Shown: positions 43,593-53,547 of the stretch, piece after piece | How the letters are laid out: every line of letters starts with the position of its first letter | Numbering within the stretch: the first letter of the stretch is position 1 | Origin: Bacteroidia bacterium | Lineage (GTDB): Bacteria > Bacteroidota > Bacteroidia > UKL13-3 | Assembly (NCBI GenBank): GCA_021740845.1 | Contig: JAIOYZ010000001.1 | Location: 147,246-211,245, forward strand | Direction of reading: 5' to 3' | DNA length: 64,000 nt | The notes under the pieces: model-generated | What the model was told of the DNA's origin: nothing | What the model saw: only the letters and a program-made list of their open reading frames with translations | Database searches by the model: none | Made by a program: the position numbers and the translations under genes

Positions 43593-44834
43593 TTAGTTCT
43601 GTAACAATTCTTTTCTAAGTAAATCCATTGCCATTAAAGAGGTTCTTAAAATGGTACGTTCTCTATTGTCGCCCATATTAAAAACTTTTGCAAAAGTATG
43701 TGTTGGTGTAGCTAAGGCAATCCAAACAGTTCCAACAGGTTTTAAATCAGAACCACCTGTTGGGCCTGCAATACCGCTTGTTGCGATGCCATAAGTAGTT
43801 TTAAACTTATCTTTTATCTGTTGAGCCATTAACGTTACACATTCTTCACTAACTGCACCAAAGGTTTCAAGGAGTTCTTTGGGTATATTTAATTGTTCCT
43901 GTTTGATCCTATTATCATAACTAATTATACTGCCCATATAATAAGCAGAGCTGCCAGAAACTGATGTTAGTTGATGAGCTAAAAATCCACCTGTGCAACT
44001 TTCGGCAGTACTTACAGTGGCATTTTTTTCTTTTAATAAAACGCCAAGCACTTCTGTTAATGATTCATCCCCTTCGCCATAAATGTATTCTCCGATGCTT
44101 TCGTAAACAGCTTCAATTATTGGGTTCAACTCTTTTTCTAAAGCTTCTAAGTTTTCTCCATAGGCACTAAAGCGTAAACGTACTGAACCAATATTTGGAA
44201 GGTAAGCAAGTTTAATATAAGAAGGTAATGCATCTTCAATGGATTCAATTTTCTTTGCCAGAAAACTTTCACCAATACTGCAAGTTTGGAGAGTTCTATG
44301 AAGTATGCTAGGAAAAGAAAAAAGTGATTTTAATTTGGGTATTGCTTCTTCTTCAAAAATAGTTTTCATTTCAAAAGGTACACCAGGCATACTGATAAAA
44401 ACTGTTTTATTTTCATAGAACCACATGCCAGGAGCTGTTCCATTTTTATTCCATAAAACTCCACAATTTTTTGGAAGCATTGCTTGCATATTGTTGGAGT
44501 CCAACATTGGCAAATTTCTTTTTTCAAAAATAGATTGAACAAATGCCAATACTCGTTCGTTTAGGATTAGTTCTGTATCAAAGTACTCGCACAAAGTTGC
44601 TTTTGTGATATCGTCTTTTGTAGGACCTAAGCCACCTGTTATAATAATAACATCGCTTCTATTTTCACCTTCACTTAAAGCCTGAAGAATGGCGTTTTTA
44701 TTGTCGCTTATGGCAGATTTGTGGTGAACATTAATGCCCATTTTATTTAAGGTTTGACCCAACCAAGAAGAATTGGTATCTATTACTTGACCCAATAATA
44801 ATTCATCGCCAATTGTTATAATTTCTGCCTTCAT
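43593..44834 (-). CDS. cinA: Competence/damage-inducible protein A (MoCF + NMN deamidase)
   Basis: IGDELL.G...DTN, GGLGPT.DD, AESCTGG and GIAGP.GG motifs. Confidence 0.96.
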   Translation of the reverse strand: MKAEIITIGDELLLGQVIDTNSSWLGQTLNKMGINVHHKSAISDNKNAILQALSEGENRSDVIIITGGLGPTKDDITKATLCEYFDTELILNERVLAFVQSIFEKRNLPMLDSNNMQAMLPKNCGVLWNKNGTAPGMWFYENKTVFISMPGVPFEMKTIFEEEAIPKLKSLFSFPSILHRTLQTCSIGESFLAKKIESIEDALPSYIKLAYLPNIGSVRLRFSAYGENLEALEKELNPIIEAVYESIGEYIYGEGDESLTEVLGVLLKEKNATVSTAESCTGGFLAHQLTSVSGSSAYYMGSIISYDNRIKQEQLNIPKELLETFGAVSEECVTLMAQQIKDKFKTTYGIATSGIAGPTGGSDLKPVGTVWIALATPTHTFAKVFNMGDNRERTILRTSLMAMDLLRKELLQN

Positions 44835-45313
44835 AAATGCTTATGACTTTATCTAATTTTATGTTTGGTTAAAGGTAAGCGATGCTAACAATAGAAAAAA
44901 ATTCTTTGAAAGATTATTAGTAAAATTTATTTGATTCGATTTAAGTAATAATGTATAAAAAAATATACTACTTGACGTCATTCTTTATCTAAAATTTAAT
45001 TGTATAGTCAATTGCTAATTTTACTTTGAATTTTATTCAAAACATAAAATACAAATAGATGAAGTCTGTTAAGTATTGAAAATACTATACACTTCAGCCA
45101 TTGGTTATTTAAATGAATCACAATTACTACTTCAAAAATTATCAATGTCGAAAAACATTTTTCAAAAACTTAAAAAAAATGAAAGTAGTTAATCACATTT
45201 TTATGATAAGCATAATCCTTGGAGATGCTTGTAAAATCAATTGGTTCATTCATTTGCCCTTACTTATCAACAGGTAAGAGTGATAATTTTTTTCGACTGA
45301 TTTACAATAGGTA

Positions 45314-45344
45314 CTTGAAAATATTAAATACACTTATAAATTTG
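45314..45344 (+). promoter_or_regulatory. Putative Bacteroidota promoter of the histone-like gene
   Basis: TTG-N19-TAAATTTG, 30 bp before the ATG. Confidence 0.65.
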
Positions 45345-45373
45345 TTATTGTAATCAATCAAATTTTTATACAA

Positions 45374-45664
45374 ATGGCAACAACCAAAAAAACTAAAAAA
45401 GCTGCTGCTCCTTCAAAAGGACCTGCTAAGAAGGCTGCAACTAAGAAAGCTGCTGCTCCTAAGAAAGCTGCTACTAAAAAGGCTGCAACTAAGAAAGCTG
45501 CTGCTCCTAAGAAAGCTGCTACTAAAAAGGCTGCAACTAAAAAAGCTGCTGCTCCTAAGAAAGCTGCTACCAAAAAAGCTGCAACTAAAAAAGCTGCTGC
45601 TCCTAAGAAAGCTGCAACTAAAAAAGCTGCTACTAAAAAGGCTGCAACTAAGAAAGCAAAGTAA
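45374..45664 (+). CDS. Histone H1-like Lys/Ala-rich repeat protein
   Basis: 96 aa with 36 Lys and no acidic residue. (KKAAT-KKAAAP-KKAAT)x4. Has its own promoter and terminator. Confidence 0.85.
   Translation: MATTKKTKKAAAPSKGPAKKAATKKAAAPKKAATKKAATKKAAAPKKAATKKAATKKAAAPKKAATKKAATKKAAAPKKAATKKAATKKAATKKAK
45428..45660 (+). repeat. Coding tandem repeat, 48-bp unit built of 15/18-bp subunits
   Basis: AAGAAGGCTGCAACT/AAGAAAGCTGCTGCTCCT units with synonymous variation. Confidence 0.9.
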
Positions 45665-45686
45665 TTCTTCTTTCTTAAGAAGCTTT

Positions 45687-45724
45687 AAAATAAAAAAGGT
45701 CCCAAGTGGGACCTTTTTTATTTT
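45687..45724 (+). terminator. Terminator after the histone-like gene
   Basis: AAAATAAAAAAGGTCCCA-AG-TGGGACCTTTTTTATTTT perfect inverted repeat. Confidence 0.85.
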
Positions 45725-45760
45725 GTAAACTTTCCTTATTTTTATAAAAACATTCAAGCA

Positions 45761-45907
45761 ATGAAACTACGTACCTTCATTCAAATCTTAATTCTTTTTA
45801 CCTTTTTAACAGCTACAGCCTGCAAGGTAAAACGTTGTGCTAGTTTCGAAAATCAAGATAAAGATTATAAACTTAAATATGATCGGAATGGGCGCGTGAA
45901 GCGTTAA
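45761..45907 (+). CDS. Small 48-aa putative lipoprotein (not in ORF track)
   Basis: MKLRTFIQILILFTFLTATA|CKVKRCASFENQDKDYKLKYDRNGRVKR*. SPII-type signal. Overlaps the mfd 3' end by 35 bp. Confidence 0.65.
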   Translation: MKLRTFIQILILFTFLTATACKVKRCASFENQDKDYKLKYDRNGRVKR

Positions 45908-48900
45908 GGACAACTAATTCATTCATATAATGAGTTGCTTGCTTGATGGTATTAATTTCAAAAAACAATAAAATCAAATTTAGGTTGCTTTGCTTCAATT
46001 TACATTTGTTGCCATGCAATTGAACATATTGCAAAATTCCCGCAAATAAATCTGATTGATAATAATGCTGTTTTTGTTCACTTGGGAAATAAGCCAATAG
46101 CTGCTTTTTCTTCAAGATTAATTTTTCAAAACCCATTTGCTTTCCTAATTCCCTTAACTTAATTAATGCAATTAAATCTTTTACTTCATTAGGTACTGGT
46201 CCAAATCTGTCTAATAATTGCGATTCAAATTGATCCAACTCTTCATCCTTTTGCAAACTACTTAATTGATTATATAGGTTCAAACGTTCTCCAATATTTC
46301 TAACATAATTATCTGGAATCAAAGCTTCCAAATCGGTTTCCAAATTGCAATCCTTTGCCTCTAATTTTTTTAGATTGGGTTCATCTTTAAATAGCTCAGC
46401 AAATTCTTCTTCTTTTAATTCATGGATTGCTTCATCTAAAATTTTATGGTACATCTCAAAACCAATTTCTGCAATAAAGCCACTTTGTTCACCACCTAAT
46501 AAATTGCCTGCGCCTCTAATGTCTAAATCTCGCATGGCTACATTAAATCCACTTCCTAAATCGCTAAATTCTTCAATGGCTTGCAATCTTCTTCTTGCGT
46601 CATTGGTTAAACTTTGCATGCTTGGTACCAACAACAAACAATAAGCTTTCTTATTACTTCTTCCAACCCTGCCTCTCATTTGATGCAAATCACTCAAGCC
46701 AAACATGTTGGCATGATTAATTATTATTGTATTGGCGTTGGAAATATCTAAACCTGCTTCAATAATTGTAGTTGCAACCAAAACATCAAATTCGCCTTCA
46801 ATAAATCGCATCATTACATCTTCTAATTTGTCTCCTTCTAATTGGCCATGTGCTACACCAATTTTCACCCCCGGACATATTCTTTCTAAATGATTTCCTA
46901 GGTCGTAAATATCTTTAACTCTATGGTGCACAAAAAACACCTGGCCACCTCTTTGTACTTCTTCCATAATAGCATCATGTATTACATCATCGTTGTAATT
47001 ATACATGGTGGTTTGAACCGGTTGCCTATTAGGTGGAGGAGTATTGATGATAGATAAGTCTCTTGCACCCATTAAGGAGAAATGTAAAGTTCTTGGAATA
47101 GGCGTTGCTGTTAATGTAAGTGTATCAACATTTGTCTTAAATGCTTTAAGTTTTTCTTTTGCCGCTACACCAAATTTTTGTTCTTCATCAATAATCAATA
47201 ATCCAAGGTCTTTAAATTTAGTATCCTTGCTCAACATGCGATGAGTACCTATCACCAAATCTAATTTTCCTTCTGAAAGTTTTTTCAAAACTTCCTTTTG
47301 TTCACTTGCAGATTTAAATCGGTTGATATAATCTATATTACATGGGAAATCTTTTAAGCGTTCTTTAAAGGTTCTATAATGCTGATTAGCCAAAATAGTT
47401 GTTGGAACCAAAATGGCAACCTGCTTGCTATCGCATATAGCTTTAAATGCCGCTCTTATTGCAATCTCCGTTTTACCAAAACCAACATCTCCACAAACTA
47501 ACCTGTCCATTGGGTGCGGACTCTCCATATCTTTTTTTACATCCCAAGTTGCTTTACTTTGGTCGGGAGTATCTTCATACATAAACGAAGCTTCCAATTC
47601 AATTTGAAGGTAATTGTCTGGAGCAAATGCAAAACCACTTTGACCTTTTCTTGCTGCATACAAGCGAATTAAATCTCTTGCAATGTCTTTAACTTTTTTC
47701 TTGGTATTACTTTTAAGTTTTTCCCAAGCATCGCTGCCCAACTTATTCATGCGAGGAGCAGTACCTTCTTTGCCTACATACTTAGAAATTTTATGTAATG
47801 AGTTTATGCTTACATATAACAAATCATTGTCTCTGTATACCAATCTAACGGCCTCTTGAAGTTGGCCATTTATCTCAAGTTTTTCTAGGCCTGCAAATTT
47901 GCCAATGCCATGGTCAATATGAGTAACAAAATCTCCAGGCCTTAATTCTCTGAGTTCTCTAAGTGTTAAAATTTTATTGCTCGTGTATCCACTTTTAACT
48001 TTGCCTTTATAGAATCTATCAAATATTTGGTGTTCGGTATAAAAGGCTAGTTTTATTTGATGGTCAATAAAGCCATTGCTTAATCCATGGTAAACAGGAT
48101 TAAATTTTACATCCTTGTCAAGGTCTTCAAAAATGGTATAAAGTCTTTCTATTTGCCTGCTGCTTTCACTAAAAATTAAATTGATAAAATCTCTACCCGA
48201 ATTATCTTTCAGGTTTTCTATTAGCATTTTAAAATTTTTATGAAACAAAGGCTGTGGACTCATATGGAAATCAAACGTAATTTTGGATTTCACTGCTTTT
48301 CTAGTTCCAAATTCTATAAGCTTAAAATTAGTTAGCTGTTTGAACCAATCCTTTTCTTGCATCCAAGTTTTTTCTATGCCTTCATAGCTTATTTCGTGAG
48401 TGTCTTTAAATAATTCGGGATTGAATCTTTCTGCCTTTTCTAAACCTTTTGCTATTTGTTCCTTGCCAAGGTTTAAATCTTGTGTCCATATTAAGGTGTT
48501 TTCTGGCAAGTAATCAAAGAAGCTTTGTGTTTGTTTTATTTCCTTTTGAACATTGGGAATAATAAAAAACCTATCTACCTTTTTTATTGATAATTGATCT
48601 ATTGGTTCAAAAATTCTAATGGCTTCAATTGTGTCTCCATTTAATTCTATCCTATAAGGTTTATCATTGCTAAAAGAATAAACATCTACAATACCTCCTC
48701 TAATACTAAATTGGCCAGCCTCATAAACAAAATCACTTCTATCAAAATTATGTTCTGTTAAGAATTCAATAAAAAACTCTAAATCAAAATTATCGCCTAC
48801 CTTTATTTCGAAAGTATTTTGGTTCAAATCATTCTCACCCATTACCCATTCGCAAACGGCTTCAGCTGTAGTAATTACCCATTCGGCTTTAGAGTATTTT

Positions 48901-49244
48901 TGGTTCAAACGGTTTAATACTTCTGCTCGTTCCAAAACCATTTGGTTGTCTAGTGTCTCAGGTTGAAATCCTCTGCGGTAAGAAGGAGGGAAGTAATTTA
49001 CAGTTTTGCCTTCCACCAAATTTTCAATATCAGCTAAAAAATACCTGGCCTCTTCTGCGGTACTGGCAATAATTACCATTGGGCAGTTTTTTTGTTGATA
49101 TACCATAGCCGCATACAAAGCCGCTGCAGATCCTATTAATCCATTTAAGTGAATGTTTTTTTCTTTGGTTTGATCCAAAGCTAAAAGTAATTCAGTAAAG
49201 GTTTCTGAACTTAAATAACTATCGAAAATCTCGTTTAACTTCAT
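45873..49244 (-). CDS. mfd: Transcription-repair coupling factor
   Basis: CGDVGFGKTE, DEEQKFG, TATPIPRTL, QMRGRVGR and DLDIRGAGNLLG motifs. Confidence 0.99.
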   Translation of the reverse strand: MKLNEIFDSYLSSETFTELLLALDQTKEKNIHLNGLIGSAAALYAAMVYQQKNCPMVIIASTAEEARYFLADIENLVEGKTVNYFPPSYRRGFQPETLDNQMVLERAEVLNRLNQKYSKAEWVITTAEAVCEWVMGENDLNQNTFEIKVGDNFDLEFFIEFLTEHNFDRSDFVYEAGQFSIRGGIVDVYSFSNDKPYRIELNGDTIEAIRIFEPIDQLSIKKVDRFFIIPNVQKEIKQTQSFFDYLPENTLIWTQDLNLGKEQIAKGLEKAERFNPELFKDTHEISYEGIEKTWMQEKDWFKQLTNFKLIEFGTRKAVKSKITFDFHMSPQPLFHKNFKMLIENLKDNSGRDFINLIFSESSRQIERLYTIFEDLDKDVKFNPVYHGLSNGFIDHQIKLAFYTEHQIFDRFYKGKVKSGYTSNKILTLRELRELRPGDFVTHIDHGIGKFAGLEKLEINGQLQEAVRLVYRDNDLLYVSINSLHKISKYVGKEGTAPRMNKLGSDAWEKLKSNTKKKVKDIARDLIRLYAARKGQSGFAFAPDNYLQIELEASFMYEDTPDQSKATWDVKKDMESPHPMDRLVCGDVGFGKTEIAIRAAFKAICDSKQVAILVPTTILANQHYRTFKERLKDFPCNIDYINRFKSASEQKEVLKKLSEGKLDLVIGTHRMLSKDTKFKDLGLLIIDEEQKFGVAAKEKLKAFKTNVDTLTLTATPIPRTLHFSLMGARDLSIINTPPPNRQPVQTTMYNYNDDVIHDAIMEEVQRGGQVFFVHHRVKDIYDLGNHLERICPGVKIGVAHGQLEGDKLEDVMMRFIEGEFDVLVATTIIEAGLDISNANTIIINHANMFGLSDLHQMRGRVGRSNKKAYCLLLVPSMQSLTNDARRRLQAIEEFSDLGSGFNVAMRDLDIRGAGNLLGGEQSGFIAEIGFEMYHKILDEAIHELKEEEFAELFKDEPNLKKLEAKDCNLETDLEALIPDNYVRNIGERLNLYNQLSSLQKDEELDQFESQLLDRFGPVPNEVKDLIALIKLRELGKQMGFEKLILKKKQLLAYFPSEQKQHYYQSDLFAGILQYVQLHGNKCKLKQSNLNLILLFFEINTIKQATHYMNELVVLNASRAHSDHI

Positions 49245-49324
49245 AAAATAGTAAAGCCCGGTTGTTAGCCGAGCGGGTTTTTTGTAGGCGCTAAATTAAC
49301 CTAAGAAATGGGAATGAAAATAAC

Positions 49325-51526
49325 TTAATCAATAAATTTACAGAGGTTTTCTCTTAGCTTCTCTGTTTCAATTGGCTTCCTTAGAAATATATCAAAATAG
49401 GATTCGTATTCTTTGTTTGCTTCTGCGGTAATATCAGCTGTTAAAGCAAAAATGGGAGTTTCTTTATTAGCATTCGGTTTGGTCCTTATCCATTGAGCCG
49501 CCTCAAAGCCATCCATTTCTGGCATGTGAATATCCATTAAAATATAATCGTATTTTTCTTTGAGCACCGCTTTTGTTGCAAATAACCCATTAGAAACATG
49601 AGTGGTATTGATATCCCATTTAGCCAATAATTTAGAAGCTACCATGGCATTAATCATATTGTCTTCAACTAACAAAACATTCTTACCTTTTAGGTCGATT
49701 TCTGAAATGGTGGATTTTTCAATTGTTTTTTTAGCATGTTTTAAAGTTAGGTCGAAATAGAAAATTGACCCCTTGTTAACCTTGCTAATAATATTGATTT
49801 CACTGTTGTGCAGGTTTATGAGTTTTTTTACAATGGCTAAGCCTAAGCCAGACCCACCTTGTTTTCTTGTTCTAATATTTTGTGTTTGAGAAAAGCTTTC
49901 AAAGATTTCCTCTTTGTCTTTTTCTGCAATGCCAATTCCCGTATCTTCAATAGATATTCTTATAATGTCAGATCCATTTTGAAATCCTAAAATTCTCACC
50001 TCAATTAAGATCTTACCTTTATCTGTATATTTAATGGCATTGCCAATTAAGTTAGCGATAATTTGAGAGAGACGCGTGGAATCAAACTCATAAAATGAAT
50101 GCAATTTTGGGTCAAGGCTGAGGTTAAGTTTTAGACCTTTCGCCTCTGCTAATTCAATATACGTTTGTTGAATGTTTTCGAAAAGGAAAATTAGAGAATC
50201 CTTCTTTTTCTCTAAACTCATTTTGCCTGATTCTAGCTTAGTAAAATCTAGAATATCATTAATAAGTAATAATAAATTATTGGAAGCGAATTTGAGGGAA
50301 TCAATGAGTTTTTTATCCTCTTCATTAGCATGAGAATCCAATAAATTGGCAATTGTAATTACGGCATTTAAGGGAGTTCTAATTTCATGACTCATGGTGG
50401 AAAGAAAGTCTTGTTTGATATTAGCCAAGTTTTCTGCCTTGTTCTTTTTCTCCAACATTTCAGATCTTTCCTTCTGAATTTCAGATTCGCGTTTCATTGC
50501 TTCTACCTTATTGAGCAATTCAAAATTGTCGATAATGGTGAGCGTTTGGTTTTGAACTATGGCTTCTTTTTGCTTGTGGAATTCTTCCAAAAAAGCGAGT
50601 GCTTTGTTAGAATGGTCCAACTTCTTATACAATTGGTAAAGGTGGAAATTGGATTTGTATTTTACAATTCCAATTTGATTCTCGTAACTAAAATCTCTTG
50701 CCTTGGTAAGCGTTTCCATTGCCAAATCAAACTGATTACTCAATAAGTAATTTTCTCCTAGTTTTCTGTAAGTCATTGCAGTTCCTAAAAGATCGTTGAA
50801 CTTCAGGTGGATTTTTAATGCTTCTAAAAAATCCTTGGTGGCAATATCGTATTTTTTCAGGGCCATTTGTACTTTGGCTCTTGCATAAATAGAAAATCCT
50901 AAACCTCTGGTATCACCTGTTTCTCTTTTCATTGCAATTGCTTGCTCGGCAATGTGCATGGCTTCAGAAAGGTTTTTCCTCTTAATATAAATTCCAGATA
51001 ATGGGTTCAGGGCATTAGATTCTAAACTTTTATCTCCAGCAATTCGGGCTTGTAAAATGGTTTCTTGATAGGCTTCTACAGCTTTATTTATATCACCAAA
51101 ATACTCGTAAATGGTTCCTAAAGATTTGTAAACTCTGCCAATATTTACAGCATCGTTGTTTTTCTTATAAATTTGAAGACAATCAATTAAATTTATTAGT
51201 CCTAAATGATAGTTATCTGTTTTGTAGTGAACCGAAGCTATATTGTATTTGGCATCTGCAATGCCTATTTCATCGTTAATGGTTTCAAAATAATTAATTG
51301 CTTTTTCTGATAATTGAGTTGAAAGTTTAAAGTTTCCTTTAATCATCTGAAACAATGACAAACGGGAAAGACTTTTTGCAATTAAATTAGGGAATTTACC
51401 TGTTTCACTTTGTTTAAGTGCTTCTTCAGCTAGAGTAACACTTTGGTTAATATCACTAACCCGTATAGTGTATGCTTGCTCTAACAGCGAATTAATTCTC
51501 TGCTCACTTGTAATTCGTTCTGCCAT
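49325..51526 (-). CDS. TPR-containing hybrid sensor histidine kinase with receiver domain
   Basis: N-terminal TPRs, SHEIRTPLN H-box, NAIKYT, DTGIG, GSGLGL and receiver LMDIHMPEMDG. Confidence 0.93.
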   Translation of the reverse strand: MAERITSEQRINSLLEQAYTIRVSDINQSVTLAEEALKQSETGKFPNLIAKSLSRLSLFQMIKGNFKLSTQLSEKAINYFETINDEIGIADAKYNIASVHYKTDNYHLGLINLIDCLQIYKKNNDAVNIGRVYKSLGTIYEYFGDINKAVEAYQETILQARIAGDKSLESNALNPLSGIYIKRKNLSEAMHIAEQAIAMKRETGDTRGLGFSIYARAKVQMALKKYDIATKDFLEALKIHLKFNDLLGTAMTYRKLGENYLLSNQFDLAMETLTKARDFSYENQIGIVKYKSNFHLYQLYKKLDHSNKALAFLEEFHKQKEAIVQNQTLTIIDNFELLNKVEAMKRESEIQKERSEMLEKKNKAENLANIKQDFLSTMSHEIRTPLNAVITIANLLDSHANEEDKKLIDSLKFASNNLLLLINDILDFTKLESGKMSLEKKKDSLIFLFENIQQTYIELAEAKGLKLNLSLDPKLHSFYEFDSTRLSQIIANLIGNAIKYTDKGKILIEVRILGFQNGSDIIRISIEDTGIGIAEKDKEEIFESFSQTQNIRTRKQGGSGLGLAIVKKLINLHNSEINIISKVNKGSIFYFDLTLKHAKKTIEKSTISEIDLKGKNVLLVEDNMINAMVASKLLAKWDINTTHVSNGLFATKAVLKEKYDYILMDIHMPEMDGFEAAQWIRTKPNANKETPIFALTADITAEANKEYESYFDIFLRKPIETEKLRENLCKFID

Positions 51527-51579
51527 TTAAATACACATTTCATTCCAAACCAAATAAAGGATATTTCTTTTGAATTTCC

Positions 51580-52470
51580 TTAAAAAGATTTTTTAGTAGT
51601 AAAATTTTCCCTAGGTCCTTTTGTAAAGGGCTTGTCAGACTTGGTTAAATACACTCCCTCAGGTTCAATCCTGATTTTTTTCTGTTTGTATAAAATTCCA
51701 ATAGCCTTTTTAAACACTTTTTTGCTCATGTTTAAGCGCGCTTGAATTTCACCTGGAGAACTAGAATCACCTAGGTTCAAAAAGCCTTTATTTTGTTTGA
51801 TATGGTTTAGAACAATTTCAGTAGAATCATCTACATGTTTGAACCCAATTTTTTGCAGGCTTAGGTCTAACTCTTTATTGTCTTTTACCTTTTTTACGTA
51901 TGCTTGAATGTTGTCTCCAATTTTTACTTTATGGTAAACTTCGTTGTGGTATAGCATTCCCATAAATTTATGGTTTACTACCACTAAATATCCCAAAGGA
52001 GTATCGTCAAAAATTACACCTTCAACCGCATCTCCTGCCTTAAAGCTTAGCGTTTCGTTAGATAAGAATTTTTTTATTTTGGTCGACCCAACTAGTCTTT
52101 GCGTTAATTCATCCAAATATAAATGAACCAAATAGGAGTGGTTTTCTTTCATAGGTTCCAATTGTTCTTTTACAGGAACCAATAAATCTTTTTCCATTCC
52201 CCAATCCATAAATGCTCCAAAACTGGTAATTTCTTTAACGGTTAAATGGGCTATTTCACCCAATTCAATTAATGGTACCAAAGTGGTTGCTACTGGCCTG
52301 TCTTCTGAATCGTTATAAACAAATACATCTAATAATTCTCCAACTTTGAGAGATTTAGGAACATATTTATTTGGCAGTAGAACTTCCTCTCCTTTTTTAT
52401 CTGCTAAATACATGCCCGCCGCTGCATTTCTAGTGGCTGTTAAACTATTTCTTTGTCCCAACTTAATCAT
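51580..52470 (-). CDS. CvfB-family S1 RNA-binding protein
   Basis: VLLPNKY, VFVY.DSEDR, GAFMDWG.EKDL and winged helix SKK.FKKAIG.LYK. Confidence 0.9.
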   Translation of the reverse strand: MIKLGQRNSLTATRNAAAGMYLADKKGEEVLLPNKYVPKSLKVGELLDVFVYNDSEDRPVATTLVPLIELGEIAHLTVKEITSFGAFMDWGMEKDLLVPVKEQLEPMKENHSYLVHLYLDELTQRLVGSTKIKKFLSNETLSFKAGDAVEGVIFDDTPLGYLVVVNHKFMGMLYHNEVYHKVKIGDNIQAYVKKVKDNKELDLSLQKIGFKHVDDSTEIVLNHIKQNKGFLNLGDSSSPGEIQARLNMSKKVFKKAIGILYKQKKIRIEPEGVYLTKSDKPFTKGPRENFTTKKSF

Positions 52471-52486
52471 AGGTTACAAAGGTAGT

Positions 52487-52846
52487 TTAGTTTAGCTTAA
52501 TTACTGCAAGTTTGGAGTTGTTCAATGGGATATACCCATATTCATAGCAGAAGTAGCATGTTTTTCCTTCTTCCAGTTCTTCGATGTGGGTATGGAAGTT
52601 AAAAACAAATCCTAATTCTTGGAATTTACGTTTAACAAGAGTGGTTTCGGTTTCCGTTTGGGCTGCAAATAGGTTTTCCAAAATGGTTCTGTTTTTCCGC
52701 AAAATGGCATTCACTTTTTTCATTTGAATGCCTCTACTACTATTTACCTGATTGTTGAAAGCACTACGGCAATGGTCGTCGCAGAACTTTTTGTCTTTAC
52801 GCCCTGCAAGGGGATGCTGGCAAAAATGGCAATTATTTTTTTCCAT
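52487..52846 (-). CDS. Zn-ribbon-containing conserved Bacteroidota protein
   Basis: CxxC...GR.DKKFCDD.CR...NN and YFCYEYGY. Confidence 0.75.
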   Translation of the reverse strand: MEKNNCHFCQHPLAGRKDKKFCDDHCRSAFNNQVNSSRGIQMKKVNAILRKNRTILENLFAAQTETETTLVKRKFQELGFVFNFHTHIEELEEGKTCYFCYEYGYIPLNNSKLAVIKLN

Positions 52847-52887
52847 GTTAAGGCTATTTTTCCTTAAGATAGAAAGTTTTAGGAGTT

Positions 52888-53547
52888 TTATCTGTTCCCA
52901 AAAATTGAGCTTCCAACTCTAACCAAAGTAGAGCCTTCTTTTACTGCCAATAAATAATCACTGCTCATGCCCATAGATATTTCTTTAAATGAAGGCGATT
53001 GGCTAAAATAGTTGTTTTTCAATTCCTCAAATAGGGTTTTTAATCCTGCAAATTCCTTTCTAATTAGTTCCTCATTTTCTGTATTACTAGCCATTCCCAT
53101 TAAGCCTACAATTTCAATGTTTTCTAAGGGATTTAACCTAAGGCTATCCAATAATTCAGTCAACTCTGTTTGGTTCAAACCGAACTTTGTATCTTCTTGA
53201 GCTATGTATATTTGGAGGAGCACGGGTATAACGCGATTGTTTTTTAAAGCTTCTTTATTTATGGTTTCTAGTAGTTTATAACTATCCACCGAATGAATTA
53301 AACTCACAAAAGGAGCAATATATTTTACCTTATTGCTTTGCAAATGCCCAATTAAATGCCACTCTATATCCTTTGGCAGTTCTTGGTATTTCTCTAGCAT
53401 TTCTTGAACCTTGTTTTCGCCAAATAAACGTTGGCCAGCTTCATAGGCTTCTAGCAGTAGTTCTTTGGGTTTTGTTTTACTTACAGCAATTAATCTGGCG
53501 GTAGCACCTATTTCTTGGTTTATTTTTTGAATATTTGCAGCAATCAT
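52888..53547 (-). CDS. yggS: PLP homeostasis protein YggS
   Basis: IAVSKTKP, FGENKVQE, WHLIGHLQSNK and SMGMSSDY. Likely start is the ATG at 53547. Confidence 0.95.
   Translation of the reverse strand: MIAANIQKINQEIGATARLIAVSKTKPKELLLEAYEAGQRLFGENKVQEMLEKYQELPKDIEWHLIGHLQSNKVKYIAPFVSLIHSVDSYKLLETINKEALKNNRVIPVLLQIYIAQEDTKFGLNQTELTELLDSLRLNPLENIEIVGLMGMASNTENEELIRKEFAGLKTLFEELKNNYFSQSPSFKEISMGMSSDYLLAVKEGSTLVRVGSSIFGNR

Noticed and set aside
44835..45313. Possible sRNA or riboswitch in the long cinA-histone spacer
   Set aside because: Very AT-rich, with no stable stem-loops or recognisable aptamer by eye. Cannot be supported without a covariance search.
45413..45757. Ser/Phe-rich and Ala/Phe/Leu-rich minus-strand ORFs
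   Set aside because: Reverse-strand readings of the Lys/Ala repeat gene. Promoter and terminator support the plus strand.
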